The notes beneath the pieces were generated by a model. It saw only the letters and a list, made by a program, of their open reading frames with translations. It had not been told where the DNA came from and did no database searches. From Rebecca billardiae RCC1528 (Eukaryota; Protista; Haptophyta), in NCBI GenBank assembly GCA_965240325.2, contig OZ251223.1, forward strand, positions 2,108,001-2,172,000: DNA of 64,000 bases. The letters run 5' to 3'. Positions 43,107-54,631 of this stretch are shown piece after piece. Each line of letters starts with the position of its first letter. The stretch's first letter is position 1. Made by a program: the position numbers and the translations under genes.

Positions 43107-44276
43107 TGCACACGACACCGAGTGCTTGCAAGAACTACGACTGAACGAAGAAGGCTGGCGGTGCCAGCATTGTCGCGCCTCTTGATTACTGCCTATAGAC
43201 GATAGCTAGACCGCGCGTAAAAGCAGCCGTAGGTACGAAGCCTGTAAGTGTAACTACCACGCATGTATATCGGCTCCATCGAACAGTGACTAGACCGACG
43301 TACGACCACCAATCAAGCAGCGACAGTCCCACGAGGTCGTATTTATTTTCGATCCGGGTCCTAGCCAGTAGCCAGCAGTAAGGACTAACTACTAGCTACT
43401 GTACTGTACTACCTTTTAACTGACTCACCACTTCACCAGCGCGCGCAATCAATCATCAATATAACAATTACTAGCTACCGCCAGCAGCATAGCAGCATTT
43501 AATGAGTATGCGGCCGCCACGGTACTACACGCCGTGAACTTTTAGTTATTAATTTCGTCCAAGGGACCGCCTGGGCTAGTGCCTAGTAGTAGTGGTTTAG
43601 GAGTTTAGGAGCTATTGCGATGTAGATATTCTTAGATCATCATCCCAGACCAGAGGCGGACGAAGCCGGGCGAGCCCTACTTACTTACTGTCGACGACGG
43701 CTGATTAGCGATATTGGCGTCATCAGTATGATCGCCAATATCTGTGGCAGTCACTTACTAATCTGGCAGCCTGGCCCAGCGCCTAGCGGGCTAGCCTGAC
43801 CCGGGGCCAGGACAGCACGGCTGCATGTGCTGAACATAGCAGCAGTTTGTGATGGCCACCTCGCCATTCATCATGACAAGCCACACTACTTTGCTTCGTC
43901 AAGCTAGCAACTAGCAAGTGAACGCAGCGGCTGCGGCGAGCCCTGGCAGCACTCGCCTGATCGATGGCACTGCCTGCCGGATGGCGGCTCGCTCATAGAC
44001 ATAATGCGGCGTCTCAGACCACTTGAGCCGAGTACTCTGTACTCTGTCTCTGTCTCGGCTCTCGCTCCAGACGCTCCGGGTCACCGGGACACGGTCCGAG
44101 TCGGAGCGTCCGCGGACACTAATCACTATACTTATTCGTATATATATTTCGTGCATCACAGTGGTCCGAAGTGAAGACGAGTATTATTATAACGTCAGAG
44201 TAGCATATTCGAGGCGAGAGGATTCGCGACTACGTATATTCGAGGAATTGCAGCCTTCGCAGCTGTGTGCGCCGCG

Positions 44277-45020
44277 TCACTTCTTTTTCTTTGCGCCCGC
44301 CTTTCCCTTTGCGCCTTTTGCGCCCTTCTTATCCTTTCTCGAACGCTCTTCGCGAGGTTCGGGCTTTTCTTCCTCGGGAGCGAGGTAGAGTATGTCGTCG
44401 CGCATGAGCTGGCAGTCGACGATGGTGCTCGCATCCGGGAGGACGGAATTCGTGAGGAGCAACTCCCATGAGATGATGTGCGGATGGAAGAGGATGCGGC
44501 CCTTTTCAATGGTCTCCTGCGGCCATTCCTCGAGAAGGCGCTGCTCGACCAGCATCGACTTCAGCGTCCCGATTGTTGTGTTTGCTCTGAGCCCAGAGAG
44601 CACAATCATCTGTTCGCCGATGCCCATCATCGGCTTGATGCGCAGCACAGCCGGCGGGTTAGACTGCACGAGGTCAGCACACTCCTCGGGCGAGCGCGGG
44701 GTGATGAGCAGTTCCACGAGGCCGTCGTCAATGAGCAGCGACTCTCGCAGGGTCGCCGAGTCGTTCAAATCAGATCCCCACGAGCGCAGCCGCAGCTTAA
44801 CGCGTGGGCTGAGTGACAGCTGCATGGCTATCACCTGCTTCAGATCCGCGATCCGCACGTCTGCGGTCAGGCCATCGACACGCTCCTCTGCTGGGGCGAA
44901 TTGGGGTGTCAGCTTGACACGTAGCGTTGTGATCTCATCCTGCAGCAGCGGCCGGTGAAACCAGGTCCCGCTCCACGACTTGATACCCGAGCTCGGCGGC
45001 CCAGCTCGCCGTGCCTTCAT
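44277..45020 (-). CDS. Protein with two ubiquitin-like domains and a Lys-rich C-terminal tail
   Basis: UBL patterns IADLKQVIA..LRLRSWGSDLNDSATLRE and TTIGTLKSML..LPDASTIVDCQLMRDDILYL. Tail KDKKGAKGAKGKAGAKKKK. No terminal GG. Confidence 0.65.
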   Translation of the reverse strand: MKARRAGPPSSGIKSWSGTWFHRPLLQDEITTLRVKLTPQFAPAEERVDGLTADVRIADLKQVIAMQLSLSPRVKLRLRSWGSDLNDSATLRESLLIDDGLVELLITPRSPEECADLVQSNPPAVLRIKPMMGIGEQMIVLSGLRANTTIGTLKSMLVEQRLLEEWPQETIEKGRILFHPHIISWELLLTNSVLPDASTIVDCQLMRDDILYLAPEEEKPEPREERSRKDKKGAKGAKGKAGAKKKK

Positions 45021-45819
45021 CGCATCGCGCCGGCACGAGCGCTCCAGACGATGGCGGAAGACCTGAAACCGAAGGCGGCGAAACGGAATCCGTTTCGAGT
45101 AGTTAGTAGCCAGCTTGCATTTTCTACGACTCAGGTGATCAGTGATGACGGCGAATCGTCATAAGCTTTTAGTCGTATGTGTTACTACTAGTACGACATT
45201 ACGATAGCGGCTGACAGGTCACGGCCGGCATCAGTAGTATCATGATGAGGATGATGGAGCCATCATGAGCGGAGTCGTCAGCGGAACAGCAGGTTGCCGC
45301 GGGGCCATCCTTCAATCTTCATCGGCACGCTCTGTCCGAAGCCATTAGAGTCCGCTAGAAACCATTGCAGACGAACAATAGTCAATGCGCGCCGACTACG
45401 CGACTGTATTCTGTAAGCTACTGGTTCGTGCCTGGACGGCCTGAATGGGGCCTGAATGGTCCCTGAAATGCAATATGCATGACGATTGACGACGCGCCGC
45501 CTAGTCGCCCGTGGCCGTGCTATACTACTAGTATAGGCTATAGCATGCAGCGCTTGATTACGCTGACGCAGGCCGCGCACGGGCCTGCCGCACCGCGCAC
45601 GGCTCGGTGCTGACTTGCTGAGCCTGTAGTGATTGTTGTGATGAACCGCGCAGTGTACGACTACGACGGCAGCGGCTGCAAGCGTCGTCGAACTGTCGAA
45701 TCGTCCGTTCGCATCCGTGTGACGGTGTGATCTGAACCGGCCGCGAGCAGTGAGCGGTCATCATCAATCAAGGCTCACGGCGCCGCTGACCGCTTCGTCC
45801 GGTGAAGGTCAAGGGCGCG

Positions 45820-46071
45820 TTACCCAGCGCGCTCCTGGGCGAACGCCTCGGCCGCTTCCGCGGCCACGGTGAGCTTCGCCGGCTCGGCCGGCGCCTGGCC
45901 CTGCGCCGAGGCGGCCTTCCCGCCGCCGCGCCCACCGATGGTCTCCACCGCGGACAGCATCCACTCGTTGGCCTTGAGGGCGCCCGAGAGGGGAGACGCC
46001 TCCGGCACCTGCGGACGCGGCGCAACGTGGGGGGCGCAGCGCGGCGGGCTGGACCGTGTCACGGCGCGCGC

Positions 46072-46108
<37 letters not shown>

Positions 46109-49100
46109 GCGCAGGGGTCCACCGGGCGAGAGGCGCGCGGGGACAGCGCACCTGCGCTACGCATGCCACCTTGCCGTCGCTCGCAGCGAGCGCGAGGCAG
46201 GGCAGCGCAGGCACCGCCTTGGCCACCTGCTTGAGCACCGACTGTACGCCCTTCCCGTCCAGGCCCTCGCCGAGGCTGAGGACGGCGAAGGGCTGGCCGG
46301 CGCCGACGGCTGCCTCCGCGTCGCTCACGGCGGCGGCGGCGACAGCGTTGGCGCGCGCGGCGGCCTCGGCCTTGGCCGCGGCGACGGCCGCCTTCTCGAG
46401 CTTGGCGCACTCCGCGCGCACCGCCGCCTTCACCGCGACGGGCGCGCCCGATCCGTCCACGCGCGTGCGCAGCGCGACCACGTCCTCTTTGCCCACGCCC
46501 TTCCGCCCCTTCAGCTGCGCGAGCTCGGCCTCGAGCTCCCGACCCTCGGCGATCGCGGCGGCGGCGGCGTCGCGCGTCACGCCGACCACGCGCCGCACGC
46601 CCTTTGCGATGCCCGTCTCCTCGACGATGGCAAACGCGCGAGCGTCAGACGTGCGCTGAACGTGCGTGCCGCCGCAGAACTCGATCGAGCTGCCGGCCCA
46701 CGCCTCGTCGGTCGGCGAGGCGAGCAGCTCGTCCACGGGCACGCCGACCGAGACGACGCGCACGGGGTCGGGATACGCCTCGCCGAAGACGGCGCGGAGC
46801 GCGCTCACCGCCGTCGCGTCGCCGAGCGGCGCGAGCTGCGCGTACACGGGCGCGTCCTGCTCGATCACTGCGCGCACGGTGCCCTCAACCGCCTCCAGCT
46901 CCGCGCCGCTCATCGGCGCGTTGTGCGAGAAGTCGAAGCGCAGCTTGGACTCGTCGACGAGCGAGCCGCGCTGGTCGACGCCATCGCCGAGCACCTTGCG
47001 CAGCGCAAAGTTGAGCACGTGCGTCATCGAGTGGTTGGGCGCAATCGCGCGCCGCCGCGCCGCGTCGACGGCCGCGACCGCGGCCGCGCCCAGCTGGAGC
47101 TCCCCGCGGGAGACGCGCCCGACGTGCACCACGTACCCGGCGTACACCTGCGTGTCCTGCACGTCGAACGCCCACGCGCCCGCGCCGGCGCCGTCGGCGG
47201 AGAGCACGCCCGAGTCGCCCACCTGCCCGCCCGCCTCGGCGTAGAAGCTCGTGCGGTCGAGGATGAGCCCGACCGTGCCGCTGGCCGCGCTCACCGCCTC
47301 GCCAGCCGGCACGAAGCGCGAGCCGTCGTACACGGCGGCGACGGCCGCGCCGCGCAGCGGGAGCGGCGCGCCGTCCTCCGCGCGCGCGTACTTGGGCTCG
47401 TCGTCCGTGGGCGACACGCCCGCCGCGCTCAGCGCCGCCGTCTGCTCCGCCTGCAGCTCGAGCGAGCGGCCGTCGGCGCCGCTCGCCTTTGCCGAGCGCG
47501 CCGCCGCCGAGCGCTCGCGCTGCGCGGCCATCTCCTGCTCAAAGCCCGCGCCGTCGACGCGCAGCCCCTTCTCGCGCGCCATCAGCTCGGTGAGGTCGAG
47601 GGGGAACCCCATCGTGTCGTACAGGTAGAAGGCCGTCGCGCCGTCGATCGTGCCCGCGCCGCTCGACGCGAGCGCGTCGGCGCGCTTCTCGAACTCGCGG
47701 ATGCCGCGCGTGAGCATCGACGAGAAGGACGACTCCTCGTCAGCCAGCACCTCCGCGATCTGGGGGAGGCGGGCGTGGAGCTCGGGGAACTGCGCGCCGT
47801 ACTCGGCGGCGACGACGGGCGCGAGCCGCGCGAAGAAGCCGTCGGGCGCGTCGAGCTTCTGCTTGCCGTACCGCACGGCGCGCCGCAGGATGCGCCGGAG
47901 CACGTACCCGCGGCCCTCGTTGGACGGCATCGCGCCGTCTGCGATCGCAAAGCTGAGTGTGCGGATGTGGTCGGCGATCACGCGGTACGCCGTGTCGCGC
48001 ATGCCCGCGTCCTCCGCGCCGAGCTTGCCGGCGTACGGCGGCGCGCCGGTCTCGGCCCGGATCGCCTCGAACAGCGGCGTGAAGACGTCCGTGTCGTAGT
48101 TCGACTGCCGGTCCTGCAGCACGGACACGAGCCGCTCGAAGCCCATCCCCGTGTCCACATGGCACGCGGGCAGTCGCTTGAGCTCGCCCGAGACCTCGCG
48201 GTTGAACTGGATGAAGACGAGGTTCCAGACCTCGAGCACGAGCGGGTCGTCCTGGTTCACCAGGGCCGAGGCGTCGCGCCCGCCCACGCGGTCGTAGTGC
48301 AGCTCGGAGCACGGCCCGCACGGGCCCGTGTCGCCCATCTCCCAAAAGTTGTCCTGCGGCGCGGCGCGGCGCGGCGGCAGCCGGAGCGCCGCGCCGAGCG
48401 CAGCCGGCCGCGCGTGAGCCGCGTGCGGCGCGTGTCCACGGCGCGCGCGGCTCGCAGCCGTGCCGCGCCCGGCCGCTGGCGCCGGCGCGCACACGCGCCG
48501 GCGCCTCGCGCGCGCGCCCAGCCGCGCGCGGCGCGCTGAGCGTGCGGGTGCGCGCGCGGCGCACCTTTGCATTCCCCGGGAGCACGTGGCCCTCGGGCAG
48601 CAGCCGCAGCCACATGTCGCGCGCCTCGTGGTCGGGCTCGAGCCCCTGCGCCTCGTCGCCCTCGAAGTAGGTGGCGTACAGCCGCTCCTTCTCCAGCCCG
48701 TACTCGCGCGTCAGCAGCTCGAACGCCCACTCGATCGCCTCCGCCTTGAAGTAGTCGCCAAAGCTCCACGTGCCGAGCATCTCAAAGAACGTGTGGTGGT
48801 ACGTGTCGAAGCCGACGTCCTCGAGGTCGTTGTGCTTGCCGCCGGCGCGGATGCACTTCTGCGAGTTCACCGCGCGCTTCAGCTTGGCGAGCGGGCTGCT
48901 CGGGTCCACCTGCCCCAGGAAGATCGGCTTGAACTGGTTCATGCCCGCGTTCGCAAAGAGGAGGGTCGGGTCATCGAGCGGCACGACCGGCGACGACTTG
49001 TAGTTGGTGTGGTCGTACTTGGACTGGAAGAAGTCGATGAATTTGCTCCGCACGTTCACCGCCGTCCATTGCTGCTGCGCCCCCGTCAGCTCCGCCGCGC

Positions 49101-49317
49101 TGGGCTTGGGCACGGCTGATGCGGAGACGCGTGCGCCGCGACGGGATGCGACGCGCGAGCCGCCCGCGGCAGGCAGGCGCTCGGCGCCGAGCGCGCGCGC
49201 GGCCGAAAGGCTCGCGCGAGGCACGTGCCAGACGCCACGCGGCGCGGCAAGCGGCCCACTCGCTAGGCCGAGGGGACACTGCAGCGCGAGCAGCGCCGCG
49301 GAGGCGAAGCGCTTCAT
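45820..49317 (-). CDS. alaS: Alanyl-tRNA synthetase (eukaryotic type) with signal + transit-like presequence. Exons 49317-48565, 48353-46152, 46008-45820
   Basis: [71 protein letters not shown], editing-site NHSMTH and EFCGGTH, C-terminal [10 protein letters not shown]. Two GT-AG introns restore the frame. Confidence 0.96.
46072..46107 (+). repeat. (GCA)12 microsatellite inside the last AlaRS intron
   Basis: Directly visible. Confidence 0.95.
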
Positions 49318-49451
49318 CAAGGCGCAGTGCCGATTCGCGCAGCTTCCGCCGCCGGCGGCCGTCTCTCGCCCTGGCTCGCTGGGTGCTGGCCTGCTGGGGC
49401 GATGGGCGTGCCGCGCAGCACAGCACGTAGCCACGATGGCGGTCTCGGGCT

Positions 49452-49511
49452 TGCTGCACTGATCCACCCTGATTGTGGTGTGGTGGGTGCTGCACTGATC
49501 CACCCTGATTG
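49452..49511 (+). promoter_or_regulatory. Perfect 24-nt direct repeat TGCTGCACTGATCCACCCTGATTG in the AlaRS/BUD23 bidirectional promoter
   Basis: Copies at 49452-49475 and 49488-49511. The regulatory role is inferred from position only. Confidence 0.55.
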
Positions 49512-49553
49512 CGGTGAATCCAGACCTCGAGCCTTCTCGCCCAGTGCCCCGTG

Positions 49554-50540
49554 ATGGTCGTACGTGACGCGCGGCCGGAGCGTTCGGCGCCCGCCGAGCA
49601 CTTTTACGACGCGCGGGAGGCCGGGCAGTACTCGAAGAATGCGCGCATGGCGCAGATTCAGAAGCACCTCGCGCAGCGCGCGCTGCACCTGCTCAACCTG
49701 GGCGCCGGCGGGGGCGGGATGCTTCTGGATATCGGCTGCGGCACTGGATACAGCGGCCGCGTGGCCGAGCGCCAAGGGCACTATTGGGTCGGGCTCGACA
49801 TCTCGAGCGCGATGCTCGCCGCGTCCGAGCGGGCGGGCACGCGCTCCGACCGCGTGTGCCACGACATGGGCGACGGGCTGCCTTTCCGCCGGCGCGTCTT
49901 CGACGGCGCGATCTCGATCTCGGCGGTGCAGTGGCTCTGCGTCTCGACCAAGAGCGGACATCGCCCGCGCGAGCGGCTGCTCGCCTTCATGAAGGGCCTG
50001 GTGCGCTGCCTGCGGCCGGGTGCGCGCGCAGCCCTCCAGTTCTACCCAGAGGAGCCCGATCAGCTGCTGCTCGTGCGCGGCGCGGCGCTGGAAGCCGGGT
50101 TCGGTGGGGCGCTCGTGACGGACTACCCGCGGAGCGAGGGCTCGAAGAAGTTCTTCCTCGTCCTCGTCGCGCCGAGCGCTCCACCGACCCAGCCTAAGCC
50201 GGCCGAGCCTGGGCGCGCGCCTGGTCTGCACCAGATGAAGAAGGCAGCCAGGGCTGGGGCGGTGCAGCGCCGGGGCGTCCCAGAGGGGCGCAGGGGTGCC
50301 TCGCGAGGCGCACACACCGGAGGGCGCCAGGACCGAGGTCCTGCGGCCGGCGTGCACAAGCGGCGTGACTGGTCTGAGGCGCGTGCTGGGCACCGGCCCG
50401 CCTCGTCCCAGGCAAGAGCCTCTCCGGGCGCCGGGCGCGGCGGCGGAGGGAATGAGCGCGGCGGGCGCGGCCGGCATGGCGGGCGCGGAGTCTGGCGAGG
50501 TCGCGGGGGCACTCGCGGGCGCGGACGGGGTTCACGCTAG
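49554..50540 (+). CDS. BUD23: 18S rRNA m7G methyltransferase BUD23/WBSCR22 with RGG-rich tail
   Basis: [70 protein letters not shown]. Confidence 0.93.
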   Translation: MVVRDARPERSAPAEHFYDAREAGQYSKNARMAQIQKHLAQRALHLLNLGAGGGGMLLDIGCGTGYSGRVAERQGHYWVGLDISSAMLAASERAGTRSDRVCHDMGDGLPFRRRVFDGAISISAVQWLCVSTKSGHRPRERLLAFMKGLVRCLRPGARAALQFYPEEPDQLLLVRGAALEAGFGGALVTDYPRSEGSKKFFLVLVAPSAPPTQPKPAEPGRAPGLHQMKKAARAGAVQRRGVPEGRRGASRGAHTGGRQDRGPAAGVHKRRDWSEARAGHRPASSQARASPGAGRGGGGNERGGRGRHGGRGVWRGRGGTRGRGRGSR

Positions 50541-50797
50541 GCGTGAACTGAAGAGAACGTGAAAGCGCGGCGCGGCCCGCGGCACGCACAGCAGCCTGTG
50601 CTGAAGGAATCATCGTCAGGCGACGACAATCCGGGACTGACACCGTCTTGTTGATGACCCGGCGCTGACCACAGACCAGCAGCTATAGTGACCAGCCTGG
50701 CATCATCATCGCGTGATGATGACAATATATATAATGATGATATGGTCAACGCTGATGATGATGACCGTAGATCACTCACCGTATAGTTATATTAAGT

Positions 50798-53700
50798 TCA
50801 GTTCTTGCGCCGCTTGCTGCCCAGGCTGAGACTGAGCCGACGCTTGGGAGCGCGACGGGGCGCACCGGCACCGTCATCTGCTGGCGCCTGGTGATGTGGA
50901 GCAGTCTCAGCAGCCGCTGCTGCGTGCCGTTCGGTGACGGCATCGGGAGCCTGGTTGGCGTGCGCGTGCCCAGTCGCCGCGCGTGGCGCGGCAGCGGCAC
51001 TGACCCGCACCGGAGCCGGTTGGCACGAGCCTGGCCGGCGTTTGGGCCGGCGCGCGTCGCCTGGCAGAGCCGACGGTCTCTCGCGCGGCGCTCTCACAAA
51101 GTCGCCGTCGCTGTCGCTGTCGCTCCTGACCCCGCGGGCCGACGCCGCCTCGGCCGTTGGCTGCTCGGCATCGTGCGCCTCCGCCCGCGCGTCACGTACG
51201 CCGCCACCAGTCGTCGCTGCGTCGTCGGCGTGATTTGCCGCCGATGGCGGGCGCGCTGCGCCGAGGGCGCCGCTGGCCGTCCTCGGCTCAGCTGGCGGCG
51301 CGATGGCATCCGCATCGAGATCGTCGTCGATGCTCACGCGGCACACGCAGCAGTCCACGCCCGCAGCCAGCAGCAGGTCGAACCAGCCGCGCTGCTGGTC
51401 GGACAGCCGGTCGTTGGCCGACTTGACCTCGACGAGTCGCGCCGCGCCAAACACGCCGCCGCCGCGCGCGGCCACGGCCGTGCCGCCGCCGCTTGCACAC
51501 GCAGCCGGTGCTGCAGCGGCCGGGGCGCACAGGGGAGCGTCGGCGCGCGCGAGCATGGGAGAGGCGTCGCCGCCGGGCGGTGCGGCGGCAGGCGCGGCCA
51601 TGCCGGGCGAGGCGGTGCTCGGCGGCAGCAGCAACGCCCGCACAGCGGCGCCGCCCGTGCCGCCTGCGCTCCCAGAGAGCGGTGTCACGCCGGCCGCCCC
51701 GCTCGCGCCGGCGGCGCGACTCGCGTTCTGGGCGTCGATCGGAGGCTCGAGGCGTCGCCAGAGGACGAGGTCGGGCATGCCCCGCGCCCACCCGCCGTAG
51801 TCCTCCGCCAGCACGCGCAGGATGGCGCCGAGCGCCGCCCCGCCCAAGCAGCCGGCTATCTCTGCCAACGGCTCGGCCGACGGCCAGCGCGCCCAGCTGA
51901 TGCCGCGGCACAGCTCGCCCGCGTGCTCGGCGTGGGCCGCGCGCACCTCGGCCGCGAGCCGCGCGCCCGCCATCGCGCGCAGCTCGCGCAGCCGCGCGTC
52001 GAGCGCGCCGCGCCGCGCCGCGTAGAAGGCGCCGCCGCCGCTCGCCAGGTCGAGCGGCGCCGAGAGGCAGCGCGTGGGCAGCACGTCCGGAACGGCCGAG
52101 TCGAAGATGGTCCGCCACAGCAGCAGCGCAAAGAGCGCGGTGAAGACGCCCGTCTCGGCGTGCACGCCCTGCCAGCCCGCCTGCGCGCGGTGCTCCTGTA
52201 GCACGAGCTCCTCGACGGAGCACGGCACGCCGTCGCCCTCCAGGCCCATGAAGGCGAGCTTGCCGCCGCGCGCGCGCGGCTTGGCGCCGGCTGCGGGCGG
52301 CAGCGGCCGCGCGCGCAGCCGGATGACCGGGGGCTCCGCGGGCAGCGGCGGGAGCGGCGCGCTCGCGCCGCCGCGCGCGGGCGAGGCGCGCGCGAGCGCG
52401 CGGGCGAGCGCGTCGAGCGCCGGCGTCTCCGCCCGGCCGAGCCCCGCCGAGGAGGCGGGCACCGCCGCGTCGGCGCGCGCTCGCGCCGCGGCCGAGGCGC
52501 GCGGCGCCGAGACGAGCCGCTCTCGCGCGGCGGCGAGCCTGTGCGCGCGGCGCAGCAGGCCGACGCGGTCGCCGGTGGCCACGGCCGGGTCTGCGAGCGC
52601 GGCGCGTGCGAGGGCGTCGCACGCGCGCGCGTCGACCCTCCCGGCGCGCGCGCCGTCGATCATCAGCCGCGTCCACCAGTGCCCGCGGCGCGCGGGGCCG
52701 AAGGGCGAGAGCAAGCACAGCGCCGCCGCCTCGGCCGCCTCCGCGGCTCGGCCCAGCCGGCTGAGGAGAGAGCTGTGCACGGTGAGCAGCGCACACGCGG
52801 CGCAGCCGGGGGCGAGCGAGGCGGCGAGGGGGCGGCGCGCGCGCACCGACGCCCAGCCCTCCGCCTCGTCCGCGCCGACGGCGGCCGCCTCCTCCGAGGC
52901 GTGCGGCGGCGCGCACAGCTCGCGCGCCGCGGCTGCCAGCGCGCGCCTCAGCCAGCCGCCGTCCGCGCTGGCGCCGCAGCCCTCCGCCTCCGCCTCCTCC
53001 GCCTCCTCCGCCTCCTCCGCCTCCTCCTCTGCGGGGGCGGCGGCGGTGCTGCCGCCACTGGGCCACTGCGCCAGCGGCGCGGCGCGCAGGGCGCAGGCAT
53101 CCGGCGTCGGCGGCGCGCGCGCGGCTGCGCGCAGCGCCAGCGCGCGCAGCCCCTCGCTCGCGCGCGCGGCGAGCAGCTCGCACTCGGCGACGCGTCCCGC
53201 CTCCAGCGCGCCCTCGTACTGCCGGGCGAGCGCGCATGCGGCTTCGTGCCGATCCAGCGCCGCTCGGGAGGCGAAGGGCGGAGCGGGCCGAGGCGGCGTG
53301 TGCGCGCTGGGCTCATGCGCTGCCGCGCGCGCCTCCTCCCCCGCCACCGCGCCCGCGACCGCCGGCGCCGCGGCCGGCGCGGCCGGCGCGGCCTCCGCGG
53401 CCGGCGGCGCGCACGCCGCGGCCGGCGCGCCCGCGCCGTCGCCGCGCGCGACGCTCGGCCAGGGTGTGTAGCTGGGGAAGCGCACCGCGCCCATCTCAGC
53501 GGCGGCGGCGAGGGAGAGACCGTCGCCCGCGGAGGCGTGCGGCGATGCGCAGAGCACGAGCCGCTCCGCGCGGGCGAGCGCGTCGAGCGCCTCGTCCCGG
53601 AGCAGCAGCACCGGGCCGGAGAGCGCGCCAATCCGCCGAAGCAGCGGCCGTGGCCGAGAGAGGCGGCCGACCACGCCGCCCGCGGCCGCGCGACGCGCCG

Positions 53701-54631
53701 ACTGGGGCGCGCCGAGCGAGGCGGCGTGCTCCGGAGCCGCGTCGGGCGCGCCCACGCCCAGCCGCACGAGCAGAGCGGCCTCCAGCACCGCGCGCTGCCC
53801 ACCGCCCCGGCCAACGCCCGACGCGCCCGCCTCGGCGCGCTTCCTCGCGCTCGGGGCGGCGTCCGGCGCGCCTCGGCGCGCCGGCTGCACGCCCGCGGCC
53901 GCGGCAATCTGCGCGAGCTCGGCGGCGGAGAGGGTGCCGAGCTGCAGCGCGAGCGCGAGCGCGTCGCTGCACGGCGCGTCGTCGCACACCAGCTTGACGA
54001 AGCCCGCGCCCTCCAGCTCGGCCGCCGCCCCGTCCGTGTCCTGCGCCTCGCCCACCTCGCGGTACCGGCCGCGCAGGGCGGCCAGGCGGAACGCAGTCGG
54101 CCGGCGCGCAAACAGCCGGGCGTAGAGCGCGCGCGCGCGGAGCGAGAGCGCGAGGAAGCGGCGGATCCACGCGTGCTCGCCCTCGCTGAGGAGCTCCACG
54201 TCGCGCGCGAGTGCCGCGTGCAGCAGCTCCTCGAGCTGCTGCGTGTGCGCGCCGCCGTGCGCTGCCCACCACGGCAGTGCATCCTCGCCCTCTGCGCCCT
54301 CGTCGGCGTCGTCGCCGCTGGTGCGCGCGCCAGCGTCGCCCGCGGGCGAAGGGGGCGGAGTGACAGCCACGGCGGCCGCGGGGGGCGCCGCCCGATCCGC
54401 TGCGCTCGCCGGCGCGGCCCGAGCGCCGAGCGCCGGCGGCAGGAAGGCGAGCAGCGACGTCTGCCGGAGGGGGCCGTGTGCAGCGGGCTGCGCGGGGCGC
54501 GCGGGAGAGGCGAGCCAAGACTCCGGGCGGGCGGCGCCGTCGCGGTGGCCCTCGCGATGGCGCACCCGCGCTGCGAAGCCGCCAAGCCAGCTGCGGCCCA
54601 CGAGAGTCTGCGCGTTGGTGAGCGCGACCAT
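50798..54631 (-). CDS. FAN1: Fanconi-associated nuclease 1 (VRR-NUC domain)
   Basis: LYARLFARR, RRGHWWTRL, CSVEELVL..GWQGVHAE..LFALLLW..IF, APLDL, LAEDY..GMPDLVLW, RLVEVKSANDRLSDQQRGW. The start ATG is uncertain. Confidence 0.9.
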   Translation of the reverse strand: MVALTNAQTLVGRSWLGGFAARVRHREGHRDGAARPESWLASPARPAQPAAHGPLRQTSLLAFLPPALGARAAPASAADRAAPPAAAVAVTPPPSPAGDAGARTSGDDADEGAEGEDALPWWAAHGGAHTQQLEELLHAALARDVELLSEGEHAWIRRFLALSLRARALYARLFARRPTAFRLAALRGRYREVGEAQDTDGAAAELEGAGFVKLVCDDAPCSDALALALQLGTLSAAELAQIAAAAGVQPARRGAPDAAPSARKRAEAGASGVGRGGGQRAVLEAALLVRLGVGAPDAAPEHAASLGAPQSARRAAAGGVVGRLSRPRPLLRRIGALSGPVLLLRDEALDALARAERLVLCASPHASAGDGLSLAAAAEMGAVRFPSYTPWPSVARGDGAGAPAAACAPPAAEAAPAAPAAAPAVAGAVAGEEARAAAHEPSAHTPPRPAPPFASRAALDRHEAACALARQYEGALEAGRVAECELLAARASEGLRALALRAAARAPPTPDACALRAAPLAQWPSGGSTAAAPAEEEAEEAEEAEEAEAEGCGASADGGWLRRALAAAARELCAPPHASEEAAAVGADEAEGWASVRARRPLAASLAPGCAACALLTVHSSLLSRLGRAAEAAEAAALCLLSPFGPARRGHWWTRLMIDGARAGRVDARACDALARAALADPAVATGDRVGLLRRAHRLAAARERLVSAPRASAAARARADAAVPASSAGLGRAETPALDALARALARASPARGGASAPLPPLPAEPPVIRLRARPLPPAAGAKPRARGGKLAFMGLEGDGVPCSVEELVLQEHRAQAGWQGVHAETGVFTALFALLLWRTIFDSAVPDVLPTRCLSAPLDLASGGGAFYAARRGALDARLRELRAMAGARLAAEVRAAHAEHAGELCRGISWARWPSAEPLAEIAGCLGGAALGAILRVLAEDYGGWARGMPDLVLWRRLEPPIDAQNASRAAGASGAAGVTPLSGSAGGTGGAAVRALLLPPSTASPGMAAPAAAPPGGDASPMLARADAPLCAPAAAAPAACASGGGTAVAARGGGVFGAARLVEVKSANDRLSDQQRGWFDLLLAAGVDCCVCRVSIDDDLDADAIAPPAEPRTASGALGAARPPSAANHADDAATTGGGVRDARAEAHDAEQPTAEAASARGVRSDSDSDGDFVRAPRERPSALPGDARRPKRRPGSCQPAPVRVSAAAAPRAATGHAHANQAPDAVTERHAAAAAETAPHHQAPADDGAGAPRRAPKRRLSLSLGSKRRKN

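Noticed and set aside
43107-44270. AT-rich 1.2-kb gap as a possible transposon or ncRNA locus
   Set aside because: No terminal repeats, transposase remnants, or tRNA/snRNA/rRNA signatures seen by eye.
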